Program-made: the position numbers and the translations under genes
The notes under the pieces: model-generated
What the model was told of the DNA's origin: nothing
The model's database searches: none
The model's input: the letters and a program-made list of their open reading frames with translations, nothing else
From: Candidatus Marinacidobacterium sp.
GTDB lineage: Bacteria; Acidobacteriota; Vicinamibacteria; Marinacidobacterales; Marinacidobacteraceae
Length of the DNA stretch: 64,000 bases
Direction of reading: 5' to 3'
Assembly (NCBI GenBank): GCA_965220965.1
Contig: CBDCRI010000001.1
Location: 288,001-352,000, forward strand
In this document: in pieces, positions 49,164 to 58,461 of the stretch
Position numbering within the stretch: position 1 is the stretch's first letter
Layout of the letters: every line of letters starts with the position of its first letter

Positions 49164-49679
49164 ATGAACCGAGACGCAACTGACCTCCTGCCCGCCTGGG
49201 CGGTCGAGTACCCGCACCGCGGCGACCCCGTGGCCTACCGGATCGAAAGCCTGGAGAGGCTCGAGGCGCTCGCTCAGGAGGCGGTCGGCAACGGCAAGCA
49301 TCTGCATCAGACGACCACGTTCGCCGAGGCGCTGGGGATTTTCGGGGACCTGGACGACATGCGCGAGGCCGGCGGCGCCTGGGCTCGGCTGGCCGACGAG
49401 CGCGCCGGCGTCGTGGTGCAGTCGCCGGGCGAGGACGAGTGGCTCGCGGCGATGCCCCAGCGCAGCTGGCGCGACCGCTACGAGGAGGCCGTCGATGCGC
49501 TCAGGAACGACCTGAGCCACCTCAAGCTGGTGCCGGAGTCCAGGCTCGACGCCGCGCTCGCGGACCCCGCGGAGTGGGAGGGCCGTTGGGGCCAGTGCGG
49601 CGGGCCGGCCGGCCAGCGGGCGCTGGCGGCCGAGACGGACGGCTGGCCGCGGACGCGGGCGCCCTCCCCCGCCCCGTGA
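49164..49679 (+). CDS. Hypothetical protein
   Basis: GGAG RBS, protein-like composition, ends RTRAPSPAP. Confidence 0.65.
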   Translation: MNRDATDLLPAWAVEYPHRGDPVAYRIESLERLEALAQEAVGNGKHLHQTTTFAEALGIFGDLDDMREAGGAWARLADERAGVVVQSPGEDEWLAAMPQRSWRDRYEEAVDALRNDLSHLKLVPESRLDAALADPAEWEGRWGQCGGPAGQRALAAETDGWPRTRAPSPAP

Positions 49680-49897
49680 CGGGCCGCCGGCGCCGACGTC
49701 CCAGCGCCTGACCTCGCCGGGGGCCGCCGGACGGGGCGCGGCCGCCATCGCCCTCTCCGGATCCATCGCCCGCATCGCCGCCATGGCCCCTTCCCCCGCC
49801 GAAGCCCGCGGGCGCCCGCCTTCGCCCCCGCCGCGGCGCCCGCCCCGCGGGACGGCCCCGGCCCGCCGGAAGGCGCCCTGAGCCGGCCGGAGCGGTC

Positions 49898-49977
49898 AAT
49901 CGAATCAAAAAGACGGCGTTTTTGATTCGATTAGGGGGCTTAATCGCATCAAAAAACGCTATTATTTGATTCGATTA
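49898..49977. promoter_or_regulatory. Two related inverted repeats upstream of the Fic gene (putative operators)
   Basis: Perfect 14-bp IR AATCGAATCAAAAA-N7-TTTTTGATTCGATT, then a near-perfect TAATCGCATCAAA-N11-TTTGATTCGATTA. Confidence 0.7.
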
Positions 49978-49994
49978 GCGGGAGAACGTCGATC

Positions 49995-51227
49995 ATGTGG
50001 ATGTGGGAGAGGCCGGACTGGCCGGAATTCAGGTTCGAGGAGGGTCGCTTGGCGGACGCCATGAGGCGCTTCGCGGAGGCGGACGCGGGTCTCGTCGGCC
50101 GCTCGGAGGGCTTCGGGGACGAGTGGCGCCGGGAGCTGGCCGTCGAGCTGATGTTCGCCGAGGCGCTGGCGTCGCACGCCATCGAGGGCGAGGCGCTTGA
50201 CAGCGAGTCGGTGCGCTCGTCGCTGCTGCTGGCCCTGGGGGGGCTGTCGGAGAGCCCGCGCCGGGACCCCCGGATCGCCGAGGGCGGCGCCGTCGCCCTG
50301 ATCCTGGACGCGCGGCGCCATTGGGACCAGCCCCTGACCAAGCAACGGCTGTGCGCCTGGCAGTCGATGGCGCTCGCCGGCCGGGCGAAGCCCACTCTGG
50401 AGGTCGGCGACTACCGGAGCGGCCCGGAGAAGATGGGCATCGTCAGCGGCAACGGCAGCCTGCACGGGTTCAAGCCCATGCGCGTGCACTACGAGGCGCC
50501 GCCCTCCGACCGCGTGCCCGCCGAGATGGCCCGCTTCCTTGAGTGGTTCAACGCCTCGCGCGGGCGCATCAACGGCCTGGCGCGCACGGCGGTGGCCCAC
50601 CTCTGGTTCGAGAAGATCCACCCGTTCGACGACGGCAACGGCCGCGTCGGGCGGGCGCTGGCGGACCTGGCGGCCTCGCAGGCGCTCGGGCGCCCGACGC
50701 TGTCGTGCCTGGCCACGGCCATCAACCAGGACCGCGACCCCTACTACCGCGCCCTGGAGCAGGCCGGCCGGGACGGCATGGACGTCAACCCCTTCCTCGA
50801 CTACTTCGCGGGCGTGGCGCTGCGCGCCCAGGAGATCGCCCTTCGGGAGGTGCGCTTCGTGCTCGGCAAGGCGCGCTTCTTCAGCCGCTTCGACGCCCGG
50901 CTCAACGCCCGGCAGCGCAAGGCGGCGCTGCGCGTCTTCGCCGAGGGCTCCAAGGGCTTCGCCGGCGGCCTGTCGCGCAACAACTACCAAGCCATCACCA
51001 AGGCCTCCAGCGCCACCGCCACCCGCGACCTCGCCGACCTGGTGCGCATCGGCGCCATGACATCGGCCGGCGAGGGCCGCAGCGTGCGCTACGCGCTGGC
51101 GACCGACCCGCCCCAGCACCTGCTGCTGGAGGCGCTCGCGGACGGCGCGCCCGCCGGCGCCGCCCCCGAGGCCGAAGCGCACGGCCAGCCGCGGCGCCGG
51201 TCGAGGAGCGCCTCCCCAGGCCCCTGA
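49995..51227 (+). CDS. Fic-family protein (DUF4172-type N-terminus, C-terminal HTH)
   Basis: MW.WE.PDWPEF, S.AIEGE, HPFDDGNGRVGR and Y..ITKASSATATRDL motifs. Confidence 0.92.
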   Translation: MWMWERPDWPEFRFEEGRLADAMRRFAEADAGLVGRSEGFGDEWRRELAVELMFAEALASHAIEGEALDSESVRSSLLLALGGLSESPRRDPRIAEGGAVALILDARRHWDQPLTKQRLCAWQSMALAGRAKPTLEVGDYRSGPEKMGIVSGNGSLHGFKPMRVHYEAPPSDRVPAEMARFLEWFNASRGRINGLARTAVAHLWFEKIHPFDDGNGRVGRALADLAASQALGRPTLSCLATAINQDRDPYYRALEQAGRDGMDVNPFLDYFAGVALRAQEIALREVRFVLGKARFFSRFDARLNARQRKAALRVFAEGSKGFAGGLSRNNYQAITKASSATATRDLADLVRIGAMTSAGEGRSVRYALATDPPQHLLLEALADGAPAGAAPEAEAHGQPRRRSRSASPGP

Positions 51228-51428
51228 CCGGCCGGCCGGCCCCCCTCGGGGGGCGCCCAACGCCGCGCCGGCGCGGGAAAGCGGCGGCATCCGGCGCAAG
51301 GGGCTCCCCGCCCGCCCTCGAACTGGGCCGGCTGCCGGCGGGGGCATGCCCGTCGGGGCCGGCCAAGGGCCCGGTTGCTAGAATCCGTGCCCGCGGCCCG
51401 CCCTGGGCCGCCCGGAGAAGGGGGGAGC

Positions 51429-52343
51429 ATGGCGCAGCGCACCGTCAGATTGCGGCCGGATGCGGCCCGCGAGGCCATCCTCGCCCGGACCTGCCCGCCG
51501 AACGCCGTCGTGGCCGGCGACCTGTTCCTCACCGGGGAGCCGTGGCTGACCCGGCTGCCCGAGGGCCTCAGGGTCGAGGGCCGGCTGGGGATCAGCGGCT
51601 GCCACCGCCTCGCGGGGCCCATCATCGGGCTGTCGGCGGACTCGCTGGAGATCTCCGACTGCGCCGCCCTGGTGGGCTTGATCGAGGACTCCGCGCAGGG
51701 CCTCCTCGTGCCCGGGGACCTGGTCCTGCAGGACTGCCCCGTGCTGGACCTCTTTCCCGAGGTGGCCGCCATTCGGGGCGACCTCCATGTCAGCAACTGC
51801 GGTCTGGGCTGGATGCAAATGGGCCATGGGGAGCCTTGGAAGCTCGCCGTCGGCGGCTCCGCGACGATCGAGGGGTGCGTCGGCCTCAAAAGCCTGCCGC
51901 TGCAAATGGCCGTCGGCGGCGACCTGCACATCCTGGACTGCCCGCAGCTCGGCCGCAGCAGCTGGAGGCCGTCGCCGGACGTGTCCGTCGGCGCGGCCTG
52001 CCGCATCCAGCGCTGCCACGCCCTCCGGCGATTGCCGTCCATCGCGTTCCGGGGGGAGGGCCACCTGCGCATCGCCGAATGCCACAGCCTCTCCGCCGTC
52101 TGGGAGGACGTGCGGCCGCGGGGGTCCCTGCACCTCGATGACTGCCCGCTGCTGTTGCACCTGCCCGACGGGCTCGCCTTGAGCGGCAGCCTCCATGCGA
52201 CCGATTGCCCCGCGCTGGAATGGCCGGACGGCCTTGACGTCCAGGGGGAGGTCAGGGCCTTGGGCACCACCCCGCGCCGGGTGCCGCCCTCGGCAGGCCC
52301 CGCCGAAGGGCGCGGCAAGGCGCCGGCCGGCCCGGCCCCCTGA
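51429..52343 (+). CDS. Cys-rich LRR-like repeat protein, paralog 1
   Basis: Repeats of LxxLPxxLxVxGxLxIxxC and shared N-cap AxEAILxGxCP. Confidence 0.8.
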   Translation: MAQRTVRLRPDAAREAILARTCPPNAVVAGDLFLTGEPWLTRLPEGLRVEGRLGISGCHRLAGPIIGLSADSLEISDCAALVGLIEDSAQGLLVPGDLVLQDCPVLDLFPEVAAIRGDLHVSNCGLGWMQMGHGEPWKLAVGGSATIEGCVGLKSLPLQMAVGGDLHILDCPQLGRSSWRPSPDVSVGAACRIQRCHALRRLPSIAFRGEGHLRIAECHSLSAVWEDVRPRGSLHLDDCPLLLHLPDGLALSGSLHATDCPALEWPDGLDVQGEVRALGTTPRRVPPSAGPAEGRGKAPAGPAP

Positions 52344-52434
52344 GGGCCTGCGGCCCGGCGCCGCCCAGCCGGCCCCGCGGTTGCTAGAATCCCGCCGGGC
52401 CCCGCGCAGGGCGGGGCGGCGACGGGAGTGAGGC

Positions 52435-53331
52435 ATGGCGAACGGCACCGTCATCATGGCCCCGGAGGAGGCGAGCGAGGCGATCCTGGCCGGGACCTGC
52501 CCGGCCGGCGCCGTGGTGGCGGGCCACCTGACGCTGCACGGCGAGCCCTGGCTGGCCGAGCTGCCCAAGGGCCTTTCGGTCGAGGGGCGGCTGCGCATCG
52601 CCGGCTGCCACCGCCTCAAGCGGCTGCCCGAAGGGCTGTCGGCCCTCGGCCTGGCCGTCGAGAACTGCTGCCTCCTCGAGGGGTTCGACCACGCGGCCTC
52701 GCTGCGGTTCGAGACGCCCGGCGACCTCTCCTTCAGCAACTGCCCTTCGCTGCGGCTGCTCCCGGTTGAGGCCGCCGCCGGGGGCGACCTGACCATCAAG
52801 GACTGCCAGCGGGCCTTCGGCCACTCGACGGGAGGGCCCGCGCTTGCGCCGCGGGCGCTCCAGGCGGGCGGCAGCGCGTTCCTCGCGGGCCTCCCCGGCC
52901 TGGTCGAGCTTCGCGGCCGCATCCGCGTCGGCGAGAGCCTGGAGATCGACGGGTGCCCGTTCCTGGCCCAGGTGGGCGGCGGCCCCGAGCGCATCCGCGT
53001 CGGCCGGGGCTGCCGGATCGCCCGCTGCCACGCCCTCAGGACCGTGGCGGGCATCGAGTTCGCAGGGGACCGGGGGGAGCTGGCCATCCGCCACTGCACG
53101 GCGCTGGAGTCCATCGGCGACGACGTCCGCCCCTCGGGCAGCCTGGCGGTCATCGGCTGCCCCTCGCTCCCGCGGCTGCCGAGCGGCCTGGCCCTGGCCG
53201 GGAGCCTGTGGGCCAACAACTGCCCCGCCCTGCGCCTGCCCGACGACCTCGAGGTGCGGGGGAGGGTCTGGCAATGGGGCGTGGACATGCGCCGGGCGGC
53301 CGCCAAGGGCGGCCCCTCGCCCTCCCCCTGA
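52435..53331 (+). CDS. Cys-rich LRR-like repeat protein, paralog 2
   Basis: Same architecture, ends GGPSPSP. Confidence 0.8.
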   Translation: MANGTVIMAPEEASEAILAGTCPAGAVVAGHLTLHGEPWLAELPKGLSVEGRLRIAGCHRLKRLPEGLSALGLAVENCCLLEGFDHAASLRFETPGDLSFSNCPSLRLLPVEAAAGGDLTIKDCQRAFGHSTGGPALAPRALQAGGSAFLAGLPGLVELRGRIRVGESLEIDGCPFLAQVGGGPERIRVGRGCRIARCHALRTVAGIEFAGDRGELAIRHCTALESIGDDVRPSGSLAVIGCPSLPRLPSGLALAGSLWANNCPALRLPDDLEVRGRVWQWGVDMRRAAAKGGPSPSP

Positions 53332-53403
53332 AGCGCGCCCGGCCACGCGCTCGGCTGCCGGAATCGACGGACCCGCGCGCAACGCGGACCGGAAGGAGCG
53401 AAC

Positions 53404-54327
53404 ATGGCGAAGCGAACCGCCCGGCTGGCGCCGGCGCAGGCCCAAGAGGCCATCCTCAAGGGGGAGTGCCCGCCCGGCGCGGTGGTGGAGGGGGGCTTGG
53501 CTTTCGTCAGCGAGCCGGGGCTGGCCGAGCTGCCCAGGGACCTCACGGTGCTGGGGCCGCTGCAGGTCGACGGCTGCCACCGGCTCAAGCGGCTGCCCAA
53601 GGGGCTGTCGGCGACCGCCCTCAGCGTCCGCGAATGCGCCTCCCTCGAAGGCTTCGAGCCCGCCCCCGGAACGGCGTTCCAAGTGGACGGCGACCTGCTG
53701 TTCAGCAAGTGCCCGTCGCTGGCGCGCTTCCCGGAGGCCCTGGAGGTCGGGCGCGACCTGACCCTCAAGGACTGCCACCAAGCCTGGACCAACCCGATGG
53801 GGCTGCCCCTTTGGGTGCCGGAGCGGGTTCGGGTGGGCCGCGCCGCGGTCCTCGACGGCTGCGTCGGCCTCACCGAGCTGCCGGGCCGCATGGAGGTCGG
53901 CCTGGAGCTGCGGATCATCGGCTCCCCCTTCCTTGCCGAGATCAGGGCGGAGGAGGGTTTCGGGACGCTCACGGTCGGGACCGCCTGCCTCATCAAGCGG
54001 TGCCATGGCCTGCGCCGCGTGGCGAGCCTTTCGTTCGCGGGCGAAGGCGAGCTTGCGGTCATCGACTGCGACGCGCTGGAGGCCATCGGCGACGGCGTCC
54101 GGCCCCAAGGGCGGCTGGCGCTCATGGACTGCCCGTCGCTGGCGCGGCTGCCCAGGCGCCTCGACCTGAAGGGCAGCCTGGTGGCCGACAACTGCCCGTC
54201 GCTGGGGGCGCCGCCGGCGGGGATCCGGGCGCGGGAGGGGCTCTGGCCCTCGGGGACGACGCCGCGCTGGGCGGACGCCCCGGCGGCTGCGGCGCCGGTC
54301 GGACGCCCCACCCGCCAGGCCCCTTGA
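53404..54327 (+). CDS. Cys-rich LRR-like repeat protein, paralog 3
   Basis: Same architecture, AAGGAG RBS. Confidence 0.8.
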   Translation: MAKRTARLAPAQAQEAILKGECPPGAVVEGGLAFVSEPGLAELPRDLTVLGPLQVDGCHRLKRLPKGLSATALSVRECASLEGFEPAPGTAFQVDGDLLFSKCPSLARFPEALEVGRDLTLKDCHQAWTNPMGLPLWVPERVRVGRAAVLDGCVGLTELPGRMEVGLELRIIGSPFLAEIRAEEGFGTLTVGTACLIKRCHGLRRVASLSFAGEGELAVIDCDALEAIGDGVRPQGRLALMDCPSLARLPRRLDLKGSLVADNCPSLGAPPAGIRAREGLWPSGTTPRWADAPAAAAPVGRPTRQAP

Positions 54328-54428
54328 GCGGGCGCGGGGCGCCGTCCGGCGCCCGGTTGCTAGAATCCCTGCGCCGCCACCGCCCAGGCGACTGGGCCGG
54401 CCGCCCGCAAGCCAGCTGAGGGACGCCC

Positions 54429-55376
54429 ATGACGCAACCCGACCCACACGCCAGCGCCGGCCCATTCCACCCCGATGGCTTCCGGGAGGATGCGGTCCGC
54501 ACTGGCGCCATGATGTCTCCCGAGGAGGCGCACGAAGCGATCCTGAAGGGGACCTGCCCCCCCGGCGTGTCGGTGCATGGCAGCCTGGCCTTCCTCAACG
54601 AGCCCTCGCTGGCCGAGCTGCCCCGCGGCCTCGCGGTCGAGGAAGGCCTCGACATCCTGGGCTGCCACCGGCTCAGGCGCCTGCCGGCCGGCCTTTCGGC
54701 CCGTTCGGTCTCGGTCAGCCACTGCGACGCCTTCGAGGGGTTCGACGTCCACGCCTTCGACCGCTTCTTCGTGCCGGGCCACCTCGTGCTGCTCGACTGC
54801 CCCTCCCTGACCGCCTGGCCGCGGGAGCTTTACGTCGGGGGCCAGCTGCGGGTCGCGAGATGCCAGTGGGCCTGGGACAGGCCCGCGCTGCCAAGGGGGG
54901 CGGGGGCGCCGTTCAGGCTGTCGGTGGGCGGCCAAGCCGATCTCGAGGAATGCGCGGGCCTGCGCGAGCTGCCCCGGGAGGTCGAGGTGGGAACCTCGTT
55001 GACGCTCTCCCGGTGCCCGCGGATGACGGCCCTGCCCGGGGCTCGCGGCGGGCGCCTCGTCGTGGGGGACCTCTGCGTCGTCGAGCGCTGCCACGGCCTG
55101 CGGGAGCTGTCGCGCGTCAGCTTCCGCGGGGAGGGCAAGCTGCGGGTGCGCGACTGCGCCGCGCTGGAGGTCGTCGGCGACGGGGCGAGGCCGGGCGCGA
55201 CCCTGGCGCTGGCCGACTGCCCGTCGCTGTCGCGGCTGCCGAGCCCCCTGCCCCCGTCCTGCCGCCTGGCGGTCCGCAACTGCCCCAAGCTTCAGGCGGA
55301 CGGCGAAGCCAAGGCGGCGCAAGGCCATGCCCGCCAGGCCGGCGCTGGGCCCCGCGCCCCGTCGCCCGCGCCATGA
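54429..55376 (+). CDS. Cys-rich LRR-like repeat protein, paralog 4
   Basis: Same architecture, ends RAPSPAP. The true start may be slightly downstream. Confidence 0.8.
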   Translation: MTQPDPHASAGPFHPDGFREDAVRTGAMMSPEEAHEAILKGTCPPGVSVHGSLAFLNEPSLAELPRGLAVEEGLDILGCHRLRRLPAGLSARSVSVSHCDAFEGFDVHAFDRFFVPGHLVLLDCPSLTAWPRELYVGGQLRVARCQWAWDRPALPRGAGAPFRLSVGGQADLEECAGLRELPREVEVGTSLTLSRCPRMTALPGARGGRLVVGDLCVVERCHGLRELSRVSFRGEGKLRVRDCAALEVVGDGARPGATLALADCPSLSRLPSPLPPSCRLAVRNCPKLQADGEAKAAQGHARQAGAGPRAPSPAP

Positions 55377-55503
55377 CGCGCCGCCCCGCCGGCCCGCGCA
55401 AGCCACTCGCCAAGCCCGTCCGGCCCCGCCCCTTCGGCTGCGCTGCGGGCGCTGCCGCCGCCATCGCGCCGCGCCCGAGGGCCGGACGCGCCAGGGGGGC
55501 GGC

Positions 55504-56436
55504 ATGGCGCAGCCAACCCTCCGAATGACCCCAACGGAGGCCCGCAGGGCCATCCTCGACGGCACCTGCCCGCCGGGCGCGACCGTCGAGGGCTCCCTGA
55601 GGATCGAGCGGGAGCCGGGGCTGACGCGGCTGCCCGACGGGCTCTCGGTGCACGGCGGGCTGCGCATCGTCGGCTGCCACCGCCTGCGGCGGCCGATCTC
55701 CGGGCTGTCCGCGCAGTCGATCGAGGTCAGGTCGTGCAGCGCCTTCGAGGGCTTCGACGGCGGCAGGGACGGGGCGCTGCGCGTGCCAGGGCGCTTCGAC
55801 CTGTTCGACTGCCCCTCCCTTGCCCGCCTCCCGCGGGCGCTTCACGTCGAGTTCGGGCTGTGGATCGAGCGCTGCCCATGGGGGTGGGCGAGCGCGCCCG
55901 GTTGGCTCCCGCGGGCGCCGCAGCGGCTCGAGGTGGTCGGGCCGGCCCTCTTCGCGGACTGCCCCGGCCTTGCCAGGCTGCCGAAGGCGATGGAGGTCGG
56001 CGGGGGCTTGACGGTGCGGCGATGCCCGCACCTTCGGGCCGTGGGGGGGCTGGACGCCGACGTGCGCCTGCGCATCCGGGGCGACTGCGTCATAGAGCAG
56101 TGCCATGGCCTGCGGGAGGTGGATTTCGTCGACTTCTGGCCGGGCGGCGACCTGCGCGTCACCGACTGCGCGGCGCTGGAGCGGATCGGCGACGAAGCGC
56201 GGCCGCAGCGCTGCCTCGTCGTCCGCGAGTGCCCGTCGCTGTCTCGGCTGCCCAGGCGCCTGTTCCTCGACGGCGACCTGGTGGCCCACGACTGCCCCTC
56301 GCTGAAGGAGAGGCCGCAGATCACCGTGCTGGGCGACATCCTCCCAACCGGCGCGACGCCCCGCTGGGAGGCCCCGCCGACGGCCGCCGAAGCGGCGCGC
56401 GGGCCAAGGCGCCGCGCCCCTTCGCCCGGAGCCTGA
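55504..56436 (+). CDS. Cys-rich LRR-like repeat protein, paralog 5
   Basis: Start MAQPTLRM chosen by alignment to the paralogs. Confidence 0.8.
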   Translation: MAQPTLRMTPTEARRAILDGTCPPGATVEGSLRIEREPGLTRLPDGLSVHGGLRIVGCHRLRRPISGLSAQSIEVRSCSAFEGFDGGRDGALRVPGRFDLFDCPSLARLPRALHVEFGLWIERCPWGWASAPGWLPRAPQRLEVVGPALFADCPGLARLPKAMEVGGGLTVRRCPHLRAVGGLDADVRLRIRGDCVIEQCHGLREVDFVDFWPGGDLRVTDCAALERIGDEARPQRCLVVRECPSLSRLPRRLFLDGDLVAHDCPSLKERPQITVLGDILPTGATPRWEAPPTAAEAARGPRRRAPSPGA

Positions 56437-56564
56437 GGCGCCGCCCGCCGAGCCGGCGGGCCATCCCGCGAAGCCGCGCGCAACGCCGCCCGCTCGGCCC
56501 CACCGCGGGCGCGGTTGCTAAAATCCCGCAACGCTCAAACGCCAGTCCGAAAAAGGGGGAAGGC

Positions 56565-57494
56565 ATGGCGCAGTCACGCATCCGAATGGGGCCGACGGCC
56601 GCCCGCAAGGCCATCCTCGACGGCACCTGGCCGCCGGGCGCCGTGGTCGAGGGCGACCTGCGCCTCGATCGGGAGCCGGGACTGGCGGAGCTGCCCGACG
56701 GGCTGGCGGTGGAGGGCGAGCTGCGCATCGACCGCTGCCACCGGCTGGCGCGGCTGCCGAAGCGGCTGGCCGCCCAGGGGGTCCGCATCACGACCTGCGA
56801 CGCCTTCCAAGGGCTCGGCCCCGGCGAGGCCGCCTTCTGCGTGCCCGGCGACCTCAACCTGATTGACTGCCCGGCCCTGGCCCACTTCCCAGGGGAGCTG
56901 GTCGTGGGGGGCGACCTGCGCATGGGGGAGTGCCCAAGGGCCTGGTCGGACCCGAGCCGGTCGGGCCAGGGCGCTCCGGAGCGGCTCATCGTGGGCGGGT
57001 CGGTGGCGATCGAGGAGTGCGCCGGCCTCGCCGGGCTGCCCCACGAGATCGACGTCGGCGGGGACCTGAACGTCGCGCGCTGCCCGAAACTGGTCGCGGT
57101 CGGCGGCGGGCCCGGCGCCCGGATCGCCGTCGGCGAGGGGCGCATGGTCCACATCGAGCGCTGCAACGGCCTGTGGCTCGTAGCGTCCATCGAGTGGCGC
57201 GGCGGCGGCACTCTGCGGATCACGGACTGCGCCGCGCTGGAGCGCATCGCCGACGGCGTGCTCCCGCAGTGGAGCCTGACGGTCCACAACTGCCACTCGC
57301 TGACGCGGCTGCCGAGCCGCCTTGTCCTTGACGGCGACCTGGTGGCCCACGACTGCCCCTCGCTGAGGACCGTGCACCCCCCGGACGTGAACGGCAACAT
57401 CATGCCTACCGGCACCACGCCCCGCTGGGAGGTGCTGCCGACGCCCGCGGAGGCGCCCTATTCGCGGCGCCGCGGCCCGTCGCCTTCTCCCTGA
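56565..57494 (+). CDS. Cys-rich LRR-like repeat protein, paralog 6
   Basis: Start MAQSRIRM, ends RRRGPSPSP. Confidence 0.8.
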   Translation: MAQSRIRMGPTAARKAILDGTWPPGAVVEGDLRLDREPGLAELPDGLAVEGELRIDRCHRLARLPKRLAAQGVRITTCDAFQGLGPGEAAFCVPGDLNLIDCPALAHFPGELVVGGDLRMGECPRAWSDPSRSGQGAPERLIVGGSVAIEECAGLAGLPHEIDVGGDLNVARCPKLVAVGGGPGARIAVGEGRMVHIERCNGLWLVASIEWRGGGTLRITDCAALERIADGVLPQWSLTVHNCHSLTRLPSRLVLDGDLVAHDCPSLRTVHPPDVNGNIMPTGTTPRWEVLPTPAEAPYSRRRGPSPSP

Positions 57495-57528
57495 CCCGCC
57501 GCCCGCAAGGCCGCCCCGGGGAGGCAGC

Positions 57529-58449
57529 ATGGCCAAGGGAGCCATTCGAATGACCGGCGAGGAGGCGCGCGAGGCCATCCTCAAGGGGGAGTGCCCGCCC
57601 GGCACGACCGTCCGGGGCAGCCTGGCCTTCCGCCGGGAGCCGTGGCTCACCCAGCTGCCCCGAGGCCTGACCGTGGAGGGAACCCTGTCCATCGTCGAGT
57701 GCCACCAGATGCACTCGCTGCCGAGCAACCTAGCGGCGGAGGGGCTCACGATCTCCAACTGCGCCCAGATGCAAAGCCTGGGACGCGTCAACCGACCGCC
57801 CCTGCACCTCCCGGAGGGCCTGCTTCTGCAGGGCTGCCCCGCCTTGGCCGAGCTTCCCGACGACGTCGCCGTCGGGGGCGACCTGCACATCCAGGACTGC
57901 CCGTGGCTCTGGCCGGGGCCGCGCGTCGGGCGACCGCGCTCCGTGCATCTCATCGGGCCGCGGCGGCTGTCGGTGGAGGGATCCGCGACGCTGCGCGAGT
58001 GCGCGGGCCTCTACAGCCTGCCGGACCGCATGGCGGTGGGCGGCGCGCTGACGATAGCCGACTGCCCTGGGCTCTCCGGCATCGGCGGCCCGGACGGCGA
58101 GGCCGGCCTCGCCGTCGGCGGCGCCTGCCTCATCGAGCGCTGCCACGGCCTGCACGAGGTGAGCGGCATCGCCTTCGGAGGCGGCGGCCTGCTGCGCGTC
58201 GACGACTTCAGCGGGCTGGAGGCGCTCGGCGACGGCGTGCGCCCGCCGCGCCGCCTGGAGGTGCGCGGCTGCCCGTCGCTGGTCCGGCTGCCGCGCCGCC
58301 TCGCGCTCGAGGGCGCCTTGGTGGCACACGACTGCCCGTTGCTCGAGGCCCCCGACGGGGCCGTCGCGCGCGGCGGCGTCCGGGCAACCGGCAGCACCCC
58401 GCGCTGGGAGGCCGCGCCCGATCGGCGCGCGCCCTCCCCCTCGCCCTGA
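57529..58449 (+). CDS. Cys-rich LRR-like repeat protein, paralog 7
   Basis: GGAGG RBS, ends RRAPSPSP. Confidence 0.8.
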   Translation: MAKGAIRMTGEEAREAILKGECPPGTTVRGSLAFRREPWLTQLPRGLTVEGTLSIVECHQMHSLPSNLAAEGLTISNCAQMQSLGRVNRPPLHLPEGLLLQGCPALAELPDDVAVGGDLHIQDCPWLWPGPRVGRPRSVHLIGPRRLSVEGSATLRECAGLYSLPDRMAVGGALTIADCPGLSGIGGPDGEAGLAVGGACLIERCHGLHEVSGIAFGGGGLLRVDDFSGLEALGDGVRPPRRLEVRGCPSLVRLPRRLALEGALVAHDCPLLEAPDGAVARGGVRATGSTPRWEAAPDRRAPSPSP

Positions 58450-58461
58450 GAGCGCACGGGG

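Noticed and set aside
51372-58449. Integron cassette array or DGR explanation for the LRR-like paralogs
   Set aside because: No attC-like repeats, integrase, reverse transcriptase or template/variable repeat pair is visible.
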